Of a stretch of 64,000 nt of DNA, positions 24,901 to 39,900 are shown piece by piece. The stretch's first letter is position 1. Each line of letters begins with the position of its first letter. A program made the position numbers and the translations under genes. Under the pieces are notes generated by a model. The model made no database searches and was not told the origin of the DNA. It worked only from the letters and a program-made list of their open reading frames with translations. Origin of the DNA: Laetmonice hystrix (Eukaryota); NCBI GenBank assembly GCA_965235115.1, contig OZ249436.1:52392001-52456000 (forward strand), given 5' to 3'.

Positions 24901-27900
24901 CCTTTAAAGAGTGACCTTGAAAGGTCAGTGGAAATTGCACATAATATTTTTTTCAGTGGCTAACAGAATTTGATCTCAAAAATACAAAGTAAGCAAACTT
25001 GCCACAACCATAGATCTTCGAACCTTTTCTAGGGCCATGTATAATCCACAGGGTGGTGTGATATGTGGGATACCTGTAGCAGGACTCTCGCTTAGGATGG
25101 TTGTTTCCGGCACAAGGACGGTTATCATTGGTATAATTGTAGATTATTAATGCCTTGTTTTCAAGGGTTCTCATTGATTTCTTCCTCCTGTTTCCTTGAG
25201 TCCTCCTTGTTTCATCCCCACTCATGTTGTAACCTCTGCTCTCTTCATAGCCATAGGTGTGTTTTCATAATCACCATTATTTCTGACATGGCAATATATA
25301 ACACCTTTTAAAAATGTCAGAAAAAAGAATCTGTAGTGTTTCACTTTAAGTCTGGCTGGTGATAATAAGCTCGCTGTCCTCCAGTTTAAATTTCCCCCTC
25401 CTCCGGCTTTATGTAAGGAAGTTTGCAACTTAAATGCACTGTAAAGTCTTTTCCCTATTTCTTGTGCTCCTGTTTCCTCAGGGCTTCGGGCAGTAACTTA
25501 AAGGTTTCGATAGACCTTTGCTATGGCTAATGTGTACTGTTTTGCTCCATGAAGAGAAGTTCCTCAGTGGAGCCGCAGTGCCACTTATTGGCTCACAATA
25601 ATTGTATCACAGACGCAGGTCCTTAGAGTCACAGTATAGGAGTAATCTGTAGAAGAAAAGTGGCGTCTAACTGTACATAGGCATACCACCAGGTTATCAA
25701 ACTTTGAGGTAACGTGGTTCAGTAGCATTGCATTGCTCGAAAAAATGTCCCCGTAGATGGGGTGTAAAGAAAATATGTAGGGTACTGGTATAAGGAAGCA
25801 AAAGATGACACTTCTCTGTCACTGAAAAAGTGGGTCACTGTCCCCCATACACTGGCCACACATACATGTGGCAAGGTTCACATCCGGCCTATAGCCTTAC
25901 AGGGCAGAAGATAATAGTGCACAGGGCCGGAACTGGTGGGGGGAGGGGGGGGGGGTCTCGTTGTTTGTCAACTTGGTAGTTAGTGAGGTATATCTGGCAA
26001 ATGAAACAATTTTACATATAGACAGGGCTTCCAAACTTTTTTTGAGTATGTGGCGATTAGGCTAGAGTAGCAGGCACCATCACTTTTTTTCTTGTCCTCA
26101 AGTGCAGTCAACATCTCTTTATGTTACTATAACTAGGGGTTATGCCATGTTGAGCACATGAAAAAAACTATAAAAAAAACATTTTCTCAGCTAAGTAGTT
26201 TAAAAGTGATTTCAAAGTGCTGTATACATAGAGGGACGGAATTCTAGGATTATGAAATAATTGGCAACTTTGCCCATTGACCTAGGATATATACTGAAAG
26301 AAGTAGAAGCATGAATTTTTGTGATGTTTGAAAGGCTAGTCAGGTTGGTGAAGAGCTCAAACTCACAAGGTAACACACTAGCACTATGAGCAAGGTCATG
26401 TCGCCAAGTTATAGGACCTCAAATAAGCTTCACATGATGTGATCTAGTATAAAGTTCTTTTAAAAATCTGCCCCTTCTTCAAAGGTCCAAACTCTGCATA
26501 GTTTTAGCCGAAGTTGGCTTGGTACCTAAGTCTCATTGTAATTTGCATTGGCATTAAGTACCTAAAATGGTACAAAAATCAGTACGGTACAGAAAGAAAC
26601 TACCCATCCTGTGATAAGGTGTATAATTTGTATGATGCAGGTTCAAGAGCAGACATCCTCTAGGTCTGCAGCTCATTAGAGAAAGATGATAACACAGAGG
26701 CTCAATTTTTGCGTTTAGGTCGTAGTACTTACTTAGGTAGCACTTGTGCCTAAAGTTTTCAAAAGGCATGATATGGGGATGGGGATTAAATTTAACCCAA
26801 ACTAGTATTCATAAACATGTCAGCTACGACTTCTACGTTTGTTGTATTTTTGATTCCTTGACATATTCATAGCCTAACTTTAAAGGTTATATTTGATGCA
26901 TTATTAGATCTTTCTTGACCATATTCAATTGAAGGAGCCTCATCACACTTATCTCTTATTCTTGCTACCTTTTCTCCAACTTTCCCTTTAAAAGCTTTCG
27001 CAGCAGGTACTGTACAATTATCCTCATAGTGGCACTTTTCGTTAGTATTTAATTACATATTAGTTACAAGTATATTTACTGCTGCCAAAGTTATCACTGC
27101 ATTATGATTTCCTTACCTGCCCCTCTTTTTGCTGGCATGCAGGCTTTCCAGAACTGATCACCTTATTGTATTCATAAACGTCCCAAACTACAATTTGCAC
27201 ACACCTTGTAGGTGTTTTAAGGGATGTAAAGAAAAAATCCATCAACCAACCCCGGAAATTAAGCATCCCAATCGTAGCAATTATTTTTATGTATATTTGG
27301 TCTGGCAATAACTGCAAATCTTTGGAAAAGTCAAAAGAAAACAAACAAGTGCTCAGAGAGGATCAGTCTATACCACTCGGTGTGGTATAAATTAAAGGTA
27401 AACTACACAAATTTTAAAATCGGAATTTTAGGAACAACTTTGTATGATACCTGGAGTTCTGAACCATAGAATACTGCCACTAATCACTTCGTTTTTTTGC
27501 TGATTTGTTTTTTACTTTTTTGTCATTAGTGGCAGGAAAACGATGGTCTTAGATGGTCATAGAAGAGGTAGAAGTATTTTTCAATACATTCCAATGCATT
27601 GGACCTGTGATCAACCCAAAATTTAGTACGTACGGTAAAAAAATATTTATGAGAAAAAAATTTTGTCGTACCTACTACCTACTGATTTTTTTGCCTTGAT
27701 AGAAAATCCCACTATTACCTCTTATTTATTTACTTCTTTATTAAATATCAGTAGTCCTAAACGTGGACTGTAAAAAGCTCTGTAACATTTATTTTTTTTC
27801 AAACTTGCTCATCAAACTAAATTAATATGGTACTATGCCAGTGTAGAATACATTTTATCCACTGGGCTTCCTCTTGTTAGTACAGTTGGGGAGATACTTT

Positions 27901-30900
27901 TCTTTAGCCACCATGGCTAAATGGTCCCCAAAACTTCAGGGTCTATGTAGCTTCTAGGGTTCGTACAGGTCCTTAAATTCCTTAAAAAGTCCCTAAAACA
28001 TCCTGAGAAATTCATTTAAAAAGTTCTTTCAATAATCTAAATTACAAACCATTACTAATATCAGTATTATTGATTACCAGCACCATAGATGATTTATTTC
28101 TCCCTAAATTTGACAGATACCATAGTTTATTTGTTACTTTCTTTTACCAAAATTAGCCTGAGTGTCAGATCAATTGATGAATTGTAGAATCTTATGTAAG
28201 TATCCTACCCAAAATGACCAGAAAACTTGAGTCTGATGTCTTTAAAGAATTCGTAGAAAGTCCCAGATGTGGATCAAAGCAAAGGAGTACTTTGAAATAG
28301 TAACATCAGAATGTCTATGATAGCCCTGTGTTTAACTGCCACCAAATTGTTGATAATGCGGTAACTAAATCCCAGGTCCTTATATTAGGTTTAGGGGTCT
28401 GCCAGTGTGGTAAAATAAGAGTGTAGTTTATAATTTTTTTTGCCACTCTGCACTGTATTTCGCCAATATTAACGAATTTAGCAACTGCTTAGCAAAAGCT
28501 CAGTAAAGTGACAGCTATAATTGAAATTTTAGGGGTTGTTTGATGGATAATCTTTGCATCTTTTTGATTATGAATGAATGATGCTTTCTTAATGTTGTAG
28601 CTTATGTATATGCTAAGTAACTTGAGTATATAGCCAGCATTTAGAGAACTGAAGATTATCTAATTATTGGGAATCCAGAATTTGATAGAGGCCCGTTTAT
28701 AAGAGGTGACCAGTTTGGCAGGCCCGCTAAGGACCAGGGGTAAACTAGACCTGTGCTGTTGAAGGTTTGATCATGTGGAACCCTTTTTGTAGTGAACCGA
28801 AAAGAACCAACCATGTAGTTACCACACGTTCAAGTGTAGACCTGCATATCGATGTGTCAACCTGATTTCAATTTTGTAGACCTCTAAAGGTCAGTGGGTA
28901 CAATTGCCAAAAAAAAAATCAGAGGCAATTCCTACCTTTAAAAAGGGACATTTTTCCCTACCCCCAAAATACTGCGGGAAAGTATGGAACGAGATGCCTG
29001 GCACATGAATACGGCACAACACTGAAGGTGGAGTGCCGTATTCACGCGCCAGGCATCTCGTTCCATATTCCCATGGTGAAAGAGCTGAATTCTGTTAGGT
29101 GTTTATTATGTGTGCTCGGATTATTTCTAATTTGAGGAAAAGAGCCGACAGTAAACAAGAATTAACAACAAATAAGCATTTATTAACGTTTATCTATATT
29201 CTATCCATTGGGCCACGGGACGGGGCAGTTTGTTCAGTGGTAGCAAACTGAGGACATGGGGCCTGCTCTTGGAACAGCCAACGTAATTTATATGTGTTTC
29301 GGCACTTCCATAGGACCCCCTGAATGGCACTGGCAAATAGAATGCACGTATAAAAATAAAATAGAAACTCCCTGTTTATGTTCAAGAGTAATTATAGGCT
29401 CATTGCACATTGTTTTCATGATCAGCATATTGTGTTTCTTCGTTCAATGAAGTATGTGCCATGATTTACAGTTTGGCAGTAACTAAGGTCTGGGGACCTT
29501 GACACAGCAGGCCTCATAATGAATGACACTATTGAAAAACTACTAGAAGCAGCTGCACACTTCCAAAACCAGAATAAGGAGCTGAGTGGCGTGCAAGTGC
29601 AAACTTTAAAATGCTCATTTCATCACAAGAATGCGTGCAGATGTGAACTTCACATTTGGGGTTCATGGTTACTCGGGAAATGATACTTTGTGTACATTGT
29701 TAACTTCCTAATTAATGCTATGGTATAAATTATGATTGTCTCGCGCCATCAAAGATAATGAGACAGTGGCCAGTGGTACTGGTAATCTATCCATCCATCT
29801 AACATCAGTCCAGTCTGGAGTTGAGATTTTGAACATAGCTTCATAATCAAACCATATCTTCATGCATATCTATCATTATATGTAACGAGTTTATGAAAAG
29901 ACTTGATGAAATTAGGTCTACAAGTTGAAAGATTGGCCCTTGTATTGGAACACTCAGTCTCTTTGTAATATTACTAAAGCCTGGAGTCAATCGGTTCAAG
30001 TTGTCAGGATGCTACTACTGTTGGCTGACATTTGCTTTGTTTTTGACAATATTGATATAAAGCCTTCTCTTGTGCGTGCAATATTGCATTCACCAGTTTT
30101 AGGAACTTAGACTTAATCATTATGCCAGTACAATAAAACAGTCCATTACCAGAAACCGTGAGCACTCGCTGGCTTGACATGACTCATTGGATGTCTTAAG
30201 AAAATGGATTCTATTTATATATTTCAGTTCTAATTAGTTCTACTATAAAGAATTGAATAAATTATGTATTCTCAATTTTTGTATTGCAACAGTTTTGTCA
30301 TAAATTCATGATATTGGCAGTTTCCATTTCAAGAAGGTTAGATTAACTTATATGAATTGGCTGATTTACAGGGTTGCAACTGTTCAAACTTTGAATGCCA
30401 TTTCCTCGGTCAGGCCATGGAATACAGGAACATCCTGATGATATGTGTCATGACCATTGATATGATTTCAGTATGAGGTGCCAGGGCCAGTGTTATCCAA
30501 GTATACCGAGGATAAGGCCAGCATAGTGTTAGTTCTTTTTCTAGAGCTTGTTCCAAAATTGGATGTCTTTTTTTTTCCAGCTTCTCGAGCCAAGCTTTCA
30601 GCAGTCAATTCCATCTCGAAGCTTCGTGGGACTGCCAAGAGTACTCTGTATCCACAGCCAGAAGGCCAACTAGGAGAGTGTATGGTCAAGTATGGCAGAG
30701 AACTTGGGGAAGAATCTTTATTTGGTATGTATCAATTTTACTCACATATTTTCAGAAAATGTGAACGATTGAGGCCCCCCCCAAAGATAATTCTCACAAC
30801 CTATCGTCCATTTTCAATGTTCAGCGTCATTGTTTCTAGTAATCTTTAGACCTGGGTGGACGCAAGCATCTTCTGTGAAATGTCAGTCAGAATTTGCTGT

Positions 30901-33900
30901 TATAAAAAGCCTAAAATGCCTAGATATTTATTGCTTACAAAAGAACTTAGGGCAACTATTATCCATATGATACTGAAGAGAAATATCCAAATTTGACATT
31001 GCTTTCAAGGAGATGGTTGACATGTCCCATGACACCAGCTCATTATAGAGTGACTCCACTGGAGATTACATCAGACAGATTGAGGGAAATGTTTGTCTGA
31101 TGAAGCAATGCTTCTTCTGGCAGAGTTGTTTAAAATAGATCATGATGGTCGTAGTACAGTGAATGTGAGAATAGGTTGTTTATTGTCATATAGGTGCTGC
31201 CCTGGCTGAGTCTGGCGAGTCTTACAAACAGCTAGCTGACATTAAGTATTCACTGGAGGACAGTGTGAAACAGAACTTCATTGAGCCCCTACACCATCTT
31301 CAGACCAAGGATCTCAAGGAGGTCAACGTAAGTTTTCTACAGCAATAATCTTGGGCAGATGTTCGTGAAATTTGAAATGCCAACCGCCATAGCCCGTGTT
31401 CAGGGCAGGCTTAACTATGGCTCATGAATGCAGAGCTACCAAACAGTCTAAAGTCTTTTCATTTGACATTAATGAACCTTGAGGTGTCATATACGGCCTC
31501 TGATTAGGGAACAACGCCAAATAGGGAACATTTTTATCTCAGTCCCTAAAGTGTTCAATATATTTAACTGGACCTCTTCATCGACTATGCACCATGTAGT
31601 GAAATGTGAAAGTCTTATGTACTTAAATTGTCTTTTATATACCTGCAGCATCATAGGAAAAAACTACAGGGTCGTCGTCTGGATTTTGACTGCAAAAAAA
31701 GAAAGCAAGCTAAAGGTGTGTATCAAGAGAGTTTAAATATGTACAATAGTCATCATTTTAAGCATAACATGGCATAACATTTATAAGCATAGCAGGTCAG
31801 CACAACTTTCAAAACCCCGTGGACACCAAGGTGGCTTTTTCGTCCCTAACCAAAACGACCCTAACGTCGTCCCTAACCAAAACAATAGTTGCTCTACCGT
31901 GATGGTCAGGGACAGGATGGTGCTCGTCAAATAGATTTTTTATATCTTTCACAATAGCTTCATGGTAGCCATATTGTCTGTAAACACATTTGGAGTAAAT
32001 AACCTGAAATAAGCTGAATTTCTTTCAGACCTGTTGCAGAAAGGAGGCACATAAGGGGCTTGCATGCTAGCCTATTTTCAGTTCAGATTCAGCAGAGTGA
32101 CCTGGCGGCCATATTTGTTTTTGGACGCCGAAAATAATGCTGCATTAGCACATGTCTTGCATTCTGAATGCAACCGGATATTCTATGATTTATTATGTTT
32201 CATTGACCTAAATTAGCATTAATATCTTGAATCTTTTTACTACTTTCATTGTAGGCACAGGTATGTATCTTCCTTATAACCAACAGACGTAAGATACCCA
32301 TTCGGCATTCCATAATTTTTTGGCATGGCTGTGGTGTAGGGCCTGCTTGTAATTACGTAGGTATATGTAGTACTGCTTTTAAGATGTTGTTTTTTCCCAT
32401 CGTAATGGAGGGTGCAGTATTTTCAGGAAACACTTGCACCCAGTAATTGTGGGGTTAAAGGGCATAGGTAATTCCTGTGGACAATACAGCACTGAGGAAC
32501 TCCGTGGGCATTTCCCTTTGTTGTCGTCATTAGAGAAATAACCTTGGATGGCACCGACAGCATTTTCAGGATTTTTTTCTTTTCCTTTTTTAACTTCGCT
32601 GACAAATCAGATATTTGCCTAGTATATGTTATCATCCTCAACATTTCCATTAATGTCGGAGGGCAGTTTGCAGTGTATGATACAGGTGGGATGCTGTTTT
32701 AAAGTGGTGTAGGACTGTCTGTTTATGCATGCACATGACCAGAATACTATCCCAATAGTGCTCACGCTGTCTGAGGTTATTTATTAAATGAAGATAATTG
32801 TAGGAAATGGCCAAACATTTCTGAGTGGCAGTACAGGAGATTCTAGATTTGCTTCTACTACACAGTGGCGATTGGGACATGGAAACTTGAGGCCATGCAA
32901 TGACGGATCTCTTACCCGGTAGTTGTTCACATAAGGGGCCTCATTTGTTGAATAAGGTGGTTAGTTTTCCTGAATTGAACATATGTATTTTAGCACATGT
33001 CTTATAAAACCTTATGTGTATCGATGTGTCATGAGACTTTCCTTTGCTGCCTTATCAGTGGTAACATGACTGATCGATCCAAGATGTGCATGACCAGTGA
33101 TCTTCTGTGGTTTACTTGTCAGGTCGACATTAAATTTATGCCATCCAACTATGCAATTCAAATCTTACATCATTTCTATTCAGCTTTCAGAAAATACAGC
33201 TGGCTTACTTCTTTGATATTTACCTATGATCTTGTCGGTGCCTTCTTAAATTTGTTGCACAAAACGTTTCAAGAAAAATGTGTAGTTTTAATTTCTAACT
33301 AAATTGGAAATTTATTGTCTGCATTCGAGATCTACTGGGTAAAGTACAAGGAGAGCTTTCCCTTTATATCTTATGAATAAAGTCAAGATGGATAGCTTAA
33401 ATAAGTTTTAATGAATTAAAACAATCCTGGAATTGATGCCCACGTCTAGGTCCCGTGAGAAAATAATGCTTTGCATATTGTGTATAGTTCAGCTTTCCTC
33501 TCGTTTGCATTTTGTTTCAGTATCCAGGAACACATCTTGAATTTTATTGTAACACTTAACAGGGGTCCATTTTTTTTATCAGTTCAGACACATTCGTAAA
33601 ACTAGGTCAGCTGGTACACAGCAGTACACAGCTGGCAAAGCAACGCCTTCAAACAAGATATTGACGGATTTCAATAAAATTTCGAGTAGAAAGGCATATT
33701 TCCTTTGTATTGGGCACATTATGAAATCAAGGATGACCAAGTCGGCTTGCATCTGATGGGTCATGATTCTGGGTCCCAATGTTTTGAAATGAATCAATTT
33801 CTATTTAAATGCAGCAGATTAAGTTATAATAATATTAATAATTTTTACATTATTCAGGACCTGGTTTCAAAAAGGGTCTTTGAATCAGTGTCAGACATTG

Positions 33901-36900
33901 TGGATCATTGCGAGATTGACAAGTCGCCGCTTTGTATGTGTGACAGAGATCAAAAAGTTTCATGTGTCTGGCTGACTGGTAAAATCATATTTGAATGACA
34001 TCTTTGATGAGAAGTAAAGGGGCATACGATAAGACATGTTCCTGAAACTTGGCCAGAATTGAAAGCAATCATGGACATTGGAAGGCAGATTGCACCAATG
34101 GATCAGGCCCTTTAGTTAGATAAAAGAAATCTTTGCTTGCGGGTTATCTAGTTCCAGTAGTTTCGAATTTTGGCAGACACTATACACAAGAAATGAAGAG
34201 GTAAAAAATACTGAGTAATGAGGTCGTACCCAGCCTGCGTCCAACAAACTATCGACAGCTAGTTGAAGACATTGATGGCCACTTTGGGATCAGCAGTGGA
34301 CACCTTTCTCCTGGAGATGGTTCGCGAAGATGATTGCATGAACAGCTTTATCATTTATTAGGAATTTCTCCAAATCTTGTTAATAGGGGAAGGTGCGCAA
34401 GGATTTAAATACAGTTTTTATGTGAGCCTTAAAACTTGAACTGGCAGTGACCACTGCTAGTGTTCATGTGATCAACATAACGACACGGCGACAGCAAGAG
34501 TTACAGATTTACAATCTCCTTGCCAGCAAATGCTACATGCCATTATATTCTCTCACACACAAGGCCCGTTTTTTGTTAGAACTCGAGCCAAAATTTACTC
34601 CTCAAGCTTGAGACACTTACAGAACTCAAGCTTGAGCAAGTTCGACTTGAGCTCCACTGAAAAGAAGGGGTGTTTGTTTTATTCTTGGGGGGGGGGGGGT
34701 GCGTTTAGCCACAGATACTTTTTTCAAGAAACTAATTCTACAAACAGTACGGAATGTATTTTCACCCCTGGCCCGACTTCAGCTATACATTCATATCCAC
34801 CTACTTTTAGATTCTATTGTGGTTTTTAGACAAGTAATTCAAGACAATGTGCCTGGCAGCTGAATGGTTAATTTACTTAGGGCCAGGACTTGAACGATTG
34901 TGAAATGATTTGATGATGATTGGCTTGGGTTTGCTGAATCCAAGACTGTTCTCTGCATCATGAGTAGACTAGCTTGCACCCAATGCCGATTAAGTCAATA
35001 AGAGATAGCACATCTTCATACCTTAAACTTTATGACCTATCTGGGGCTATCCTACATTCTAGCATAGGAGTTGCTGTCTCACTACCACAGTGGACGATAC
35101 TATTGCCCCCCCCCCCCCCCCCCCCACTGTAACAAACGATTCCAGTGAGGTTGAGTAAATAGGTAAATTCACAAGCCTACGCTTGCATCAAACAGCCAAC
35201 CCAAAAAGTACAAATAAAATTTCAATCGTAGCCATTTGGTAAAGTATAGCAGTAAGATATTTACATTTTCTGATAGTGGCCTGGAGTTTAGAAGAAAAAT
35301 ATGCTTAATCCTTCCAATTCGATTTTCATAAGTCCCGGAGGATGTTCAAGTCTAGCAGAGTAGAAAAGAGAACCACAAAGGAACAGAAAAAGGGGAAACT
35401 GAGAAAGTGCAATAAAATATAATTGATCAGTACGTACAAACTACACCCAAATCAAGGTTTAGGGTCATTTAATCATGCCATATCTACTGCATACTTGAAA
35501 AATCTCGCAAGACTGGAAAGAGTCCCAAACATGGTCCTGGAAAAATATTATAGACGTTTAGGAAAATTCTCAAAATTGTGGGAACAGTGAATCAAAACCA
35601 GAGCCCACCGTGATTTTGTTGTAATTGCAAGAATGTAAATATTATATTTAAGGACTCTTATGATGGTGTTACTGTTAGGAAACTACATGCCATTTTGTAA
35701 CTGCAACATATTTCCAGTTACAAAAACTGAGGTCATATCTTTGCATGCCCACTATGCTTCCTGCATGACTTTAGCCCCATCCTTTGCTAATACGGGAGCT
35801 CATGAACGCCATCTTTTTGCTGCCTTGGATGTGCCTTACTTAGGAGAAAATAAAGTTGCTATTTCTGACTGGCAACTACCAGAATAAGCCACCTATTGTA
35901 TATATATTTAATTCCATTCAATAGCATCTGTACATAAAGACATCATCAGTTGAAGCGTCTATGTATGGAAGGTCTGAATTTTGTCTTGTGAAGAAGAGTT
36001 GTGATATTTGCATGTGTGGCTCCTCTACTCTGTGCTACCATTTTCAGGGTCGGGGGCTCCAGGCCATGGTACACGCAAGTATTTCTCTCAGAAATTTGAT
36101 TTAAAGTGGCATGGTCCAATGACAGCTCTAAAGTAAGCTACTCTGATTTTTTTTGTTGATGAAAAAGAAAAGAAAAGAAAATTGAAATCATAATTTTTGG
36201 TTCAGGCACTAGTTCTTCAAAAGGTATTGTTGATAATATAATTCGGAGCTCATGTAGGATTTGGGGGGAAAATAAGGGCTACTTCTTCAGTTAATGAGGC
36301 TCTTCCAAACGTCTGAATGGAGGGTGCCACTTTAATATTGGTCAAGATGGGGCTGGGTTTACGTAAGGTGCATGCTTCTAAACAATGACACAGGGCGACG
36401 TATCATTCTGGGATATGTTTGTTACTCTTTTACAGAGTATGATTGGGAATCCTGATCATGGTGACAGTGCATGGGTATGAAGGTGGTCCCTTGGTCTCAC
36501 CAAGGTTGAAAAACTTGATATTTTGGTCACTCTTTCTTCCATTTTTATGGTGGGAGGGGCGGGACCATATGTTAATATTTGCAGCTTCAGGATATCCACG
36601 CAATTACCTGAATCTGCAACAACAACAAACACATTACAGGTGTTTTTCTTGTATGGCCCCAAGATCGTCTTTATTAATAACCAGACCTTTCCTAGAAAAC
36701 GCTTCAACTACCTACATACTTAAAGCAGCCAGGTTAAACGGCTTTCTCAGAATTTACCAAACAGAAATGTGTTGGTACATAGTTTATAGACCTTTCAATA
36801 GAGAGAAAACAAATGAAAGCGATTTTATTGTAAGTCCCAAGTGATGTGGAATAGAGAAATTACATTGTGGTGTCATTAGGTTAGATTAAGAAGGGACCAT

Positions 36901-39900
36901 TTTAATGGGTAATCTTACTTGATTGCATTTGAATTCTAGAATTCATTGACTCAAATTAAGGTTGGGATGGTTGGTCAGAGGTGCCTTCCTGTCTTAAAGC
37001 TGACTGATGAGGGCCTTTTTAGAACCCTCACCCGAATAGGTGGTATGTTTTACCATGTACATGTACACTGTGCATAGACTTCAGGACTTGAATGTGCACA
37101 AAATCAGTGTGGATTATCCTCACAAGAATATGTGAGATCACTTGTACAGAATAATCCTTCATCCTGGTACAACGCGGAGATAATACCATTCAGAGTATTT
37201 CATCATCCAAGTGAGAAACAAGATTCTGGGTCATAGGCGTGTTTTACTGTCACACTACTGTGTTAGGTAGGCCCATGGGATATAATGTCAGATATTAATC
37301 TGTCCTACTGTCTATGGCAGCTGGCCAATATCTCAAGTTTCCATATCTTTTATTCAGCAATGGTGACCTACCGATATGATAGATAAATAAACGCGCAGGC
37401 TGATGCGGATTGCCCGCTTCTTTTTCAGCTGGAAGGTCTACATAAGATGACCTACAATGGTAGTTTGATCTCAAATGATTCCCTCCATCACCACACATTG
37501 ACTCTGATGCTTGAATAAGCGCCTAGGCGTTTCACTATTTAGCCCCCGTAAAATACATAGAAAAGGCAGTTCCTTAAGACTGCAGAGACTTTTACAATAG
37601 CACCATTCAAAACACTCCAATTTTTCCCCTCCAAACCCCCTTTTTTAAATCAGCCGGCTGGAGCACAGTAAAACACTAGATCGGAGGAAAGGCCAGCTAA
37701 AGTTTTCTTGATATCAGCTCTATCGTGTGTCCTCGAGAAACGAAACCCTGGTTAAATTGTCATGGTGCTTAATGTTGTAGGTAAAATTGGTCGGAAGTGG
37801 CCGCGGTGAGCGGATCCCAGGAAATGGATCTTAGAAATCTATCTGCCTAGTTCTGTATAGGCGGCAGTTATTGGTGAAGTAGTTTATATGAAATCAGCCG
37901 GATAATTATTTATCCTTGGGGATCAGGGCTAAGAATGGTCCACAGCACCCACTTACTGTTTGTAAGAGGCGATGAATGGGATGAGGGCTGTGGTGGTGCG
38001 GTGATGGAGTGTCAGATTGCAGAACCATATATGTGGCACAAATGGGTTTAATTCCTTGTAGTACTATTCTATGCATCATTGGCCCGCCCCAGTGGTCTGG
38101 AAATGGGCCATCAAAACTGAACACGTTTTAATCATGTAATGTATACGTTCTTGCCTTTTTTTCTGTTATTATATACCCCTCCCCTGTATACACAGTATAC
38201 CGGGTACTCGGATATAATGTTTGCTTAAGGTTATATTTTATTGAATTATACAGTGATATCATGGACATAAACACTGAGTCAAATTTGTTACAGAAATATT
38301 CAATTTTATTCCATTTCACGCATTAGATCAAACATTTGAAAATGTTACAAATGCTTTCTTTCTGTCTCTTACACGACATCTCTCCCCGCATGGACAGGAG
38401 GTAAGTCGCAACTGCAGGATGACCAACAAAAAATTTGGGCTTCGAGAAAAGTTTAATGACTTTATTATTATCTAATGAAACTTGACTCTAATAGCATCTC
38501 TCAAATAGTACAGAATATTGGCCCAGTTTACAAAGAAACTCGGCAAATTTAGAAGAAATCAATTAAACACTTTAATGTTTGATTATGTGCTCCAAATTAG
38601 CTCTTGTTTCAGCCAGTTGAGAAGCCAATATATCAAATGGCCGGTATCTTAGTGGATGCATAATATAAAACTACACCATGGTACCCAAATTTATTAACAA
38701 TCCAGTGAATTTGCAACTTCTGAGTGGTTATTTTTCAAAATTTGTGTGATTTCAGAAATTTATGAACCTTTACAGCTATGGGTTTCCATGACTTTGTTTA
38801 CAATATTTGAAATATGAAGGCAATTGAAAGAAAACTGAAGGTTATTCTACTTTTCCTGAGGCCTTGTTTTTTTTGTTATGGTCACCTTGTACTAAGCATG
38901 TTTATTATCAGGTAGTTTGCTAATGTCCCATGCCCATTTTCCATCCTAGGCCTAATTCACCAAAATCAATTTGCAAGTACCAAAATTTGAGGAAATAATT
39001 TGATTGCCCGAATTGGCAAAAAGTGGTGAAAATTTGTTGGATCATTTCACACACGTTGATAAAATTGACCCGTCAATTTTAATAGTTAATAGTCCGTATG
39101 AGTAGTGTAGTGTAAAAGGTGGTTTATGTATTTAATTAACCAATTTTGCTGCGTATATGCTTTAACAAATTTGATAATATGAGGAAGACCTGTTCCAAGG
39201 CACCACCTACAAGAACATTATTGGTGAAGGTACTCGTACCTTTAACAAATCCTACTTCTGCGGACACGCTCCCAGAACCCCTGCCAGGGTACCGTCTATG
39301 AACCCTGGAGGCAAGTTAGCTTTCCTATTTTTGGTTGCACTGATGATGCAATATTGCAGTTAAGACGTGCTCGGGTAGGTACATGGGGCCTGGGGGCAGA
39401 ACATAGATTCTAAAGATGTTTCAAAAAAATATCAGAGATTGACGGTACATGCACCTTGATAAGAATACAGTGAACTTGTAGGTCTATGCACACAACTACA
39501 GTTGAGCTACAGCATACAGTTCTTCAGCTAGGATTGAGGTGCCCTTGCAACACGGAAGTAACTGTTAAAGTTCGAAAGAGTATGGACGATTAAAATCCGG
39601 GCTCAAGTAACATTCCTTTGCTATAGAGAAACCTGGGAGCAACTAGCCTTGGATTACTGGTACCGCAGTACGTAGTTTTCTCACAAAGGGCATCACAGCA
39701 AAGCAGTAGGAAGGGCACGGCCACTTTAGCCGGTGGTTTACCTGAGCTGAGATCCATTGTCATCCACTCTGAACAACTATGAACATAGGCATCATTCTTT
39801 TAAATTTCATGTGTGAATTTATTAAACCTTTGTAGAAGGCCACATCAATCGCAAAACATCAGGCCCTTGAGTACTTTAATACATATGTAGTGGACTTGTG

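Noticed and set aside
36431..36844. Acceptor at 36435 and a 133-aa ORF in endophilin intron 6
   Set aside because: Phase-1 reading stops after six codons, the exon to the next GT is 25 nt, and the ORF starts at TTG with no recognisable motif.
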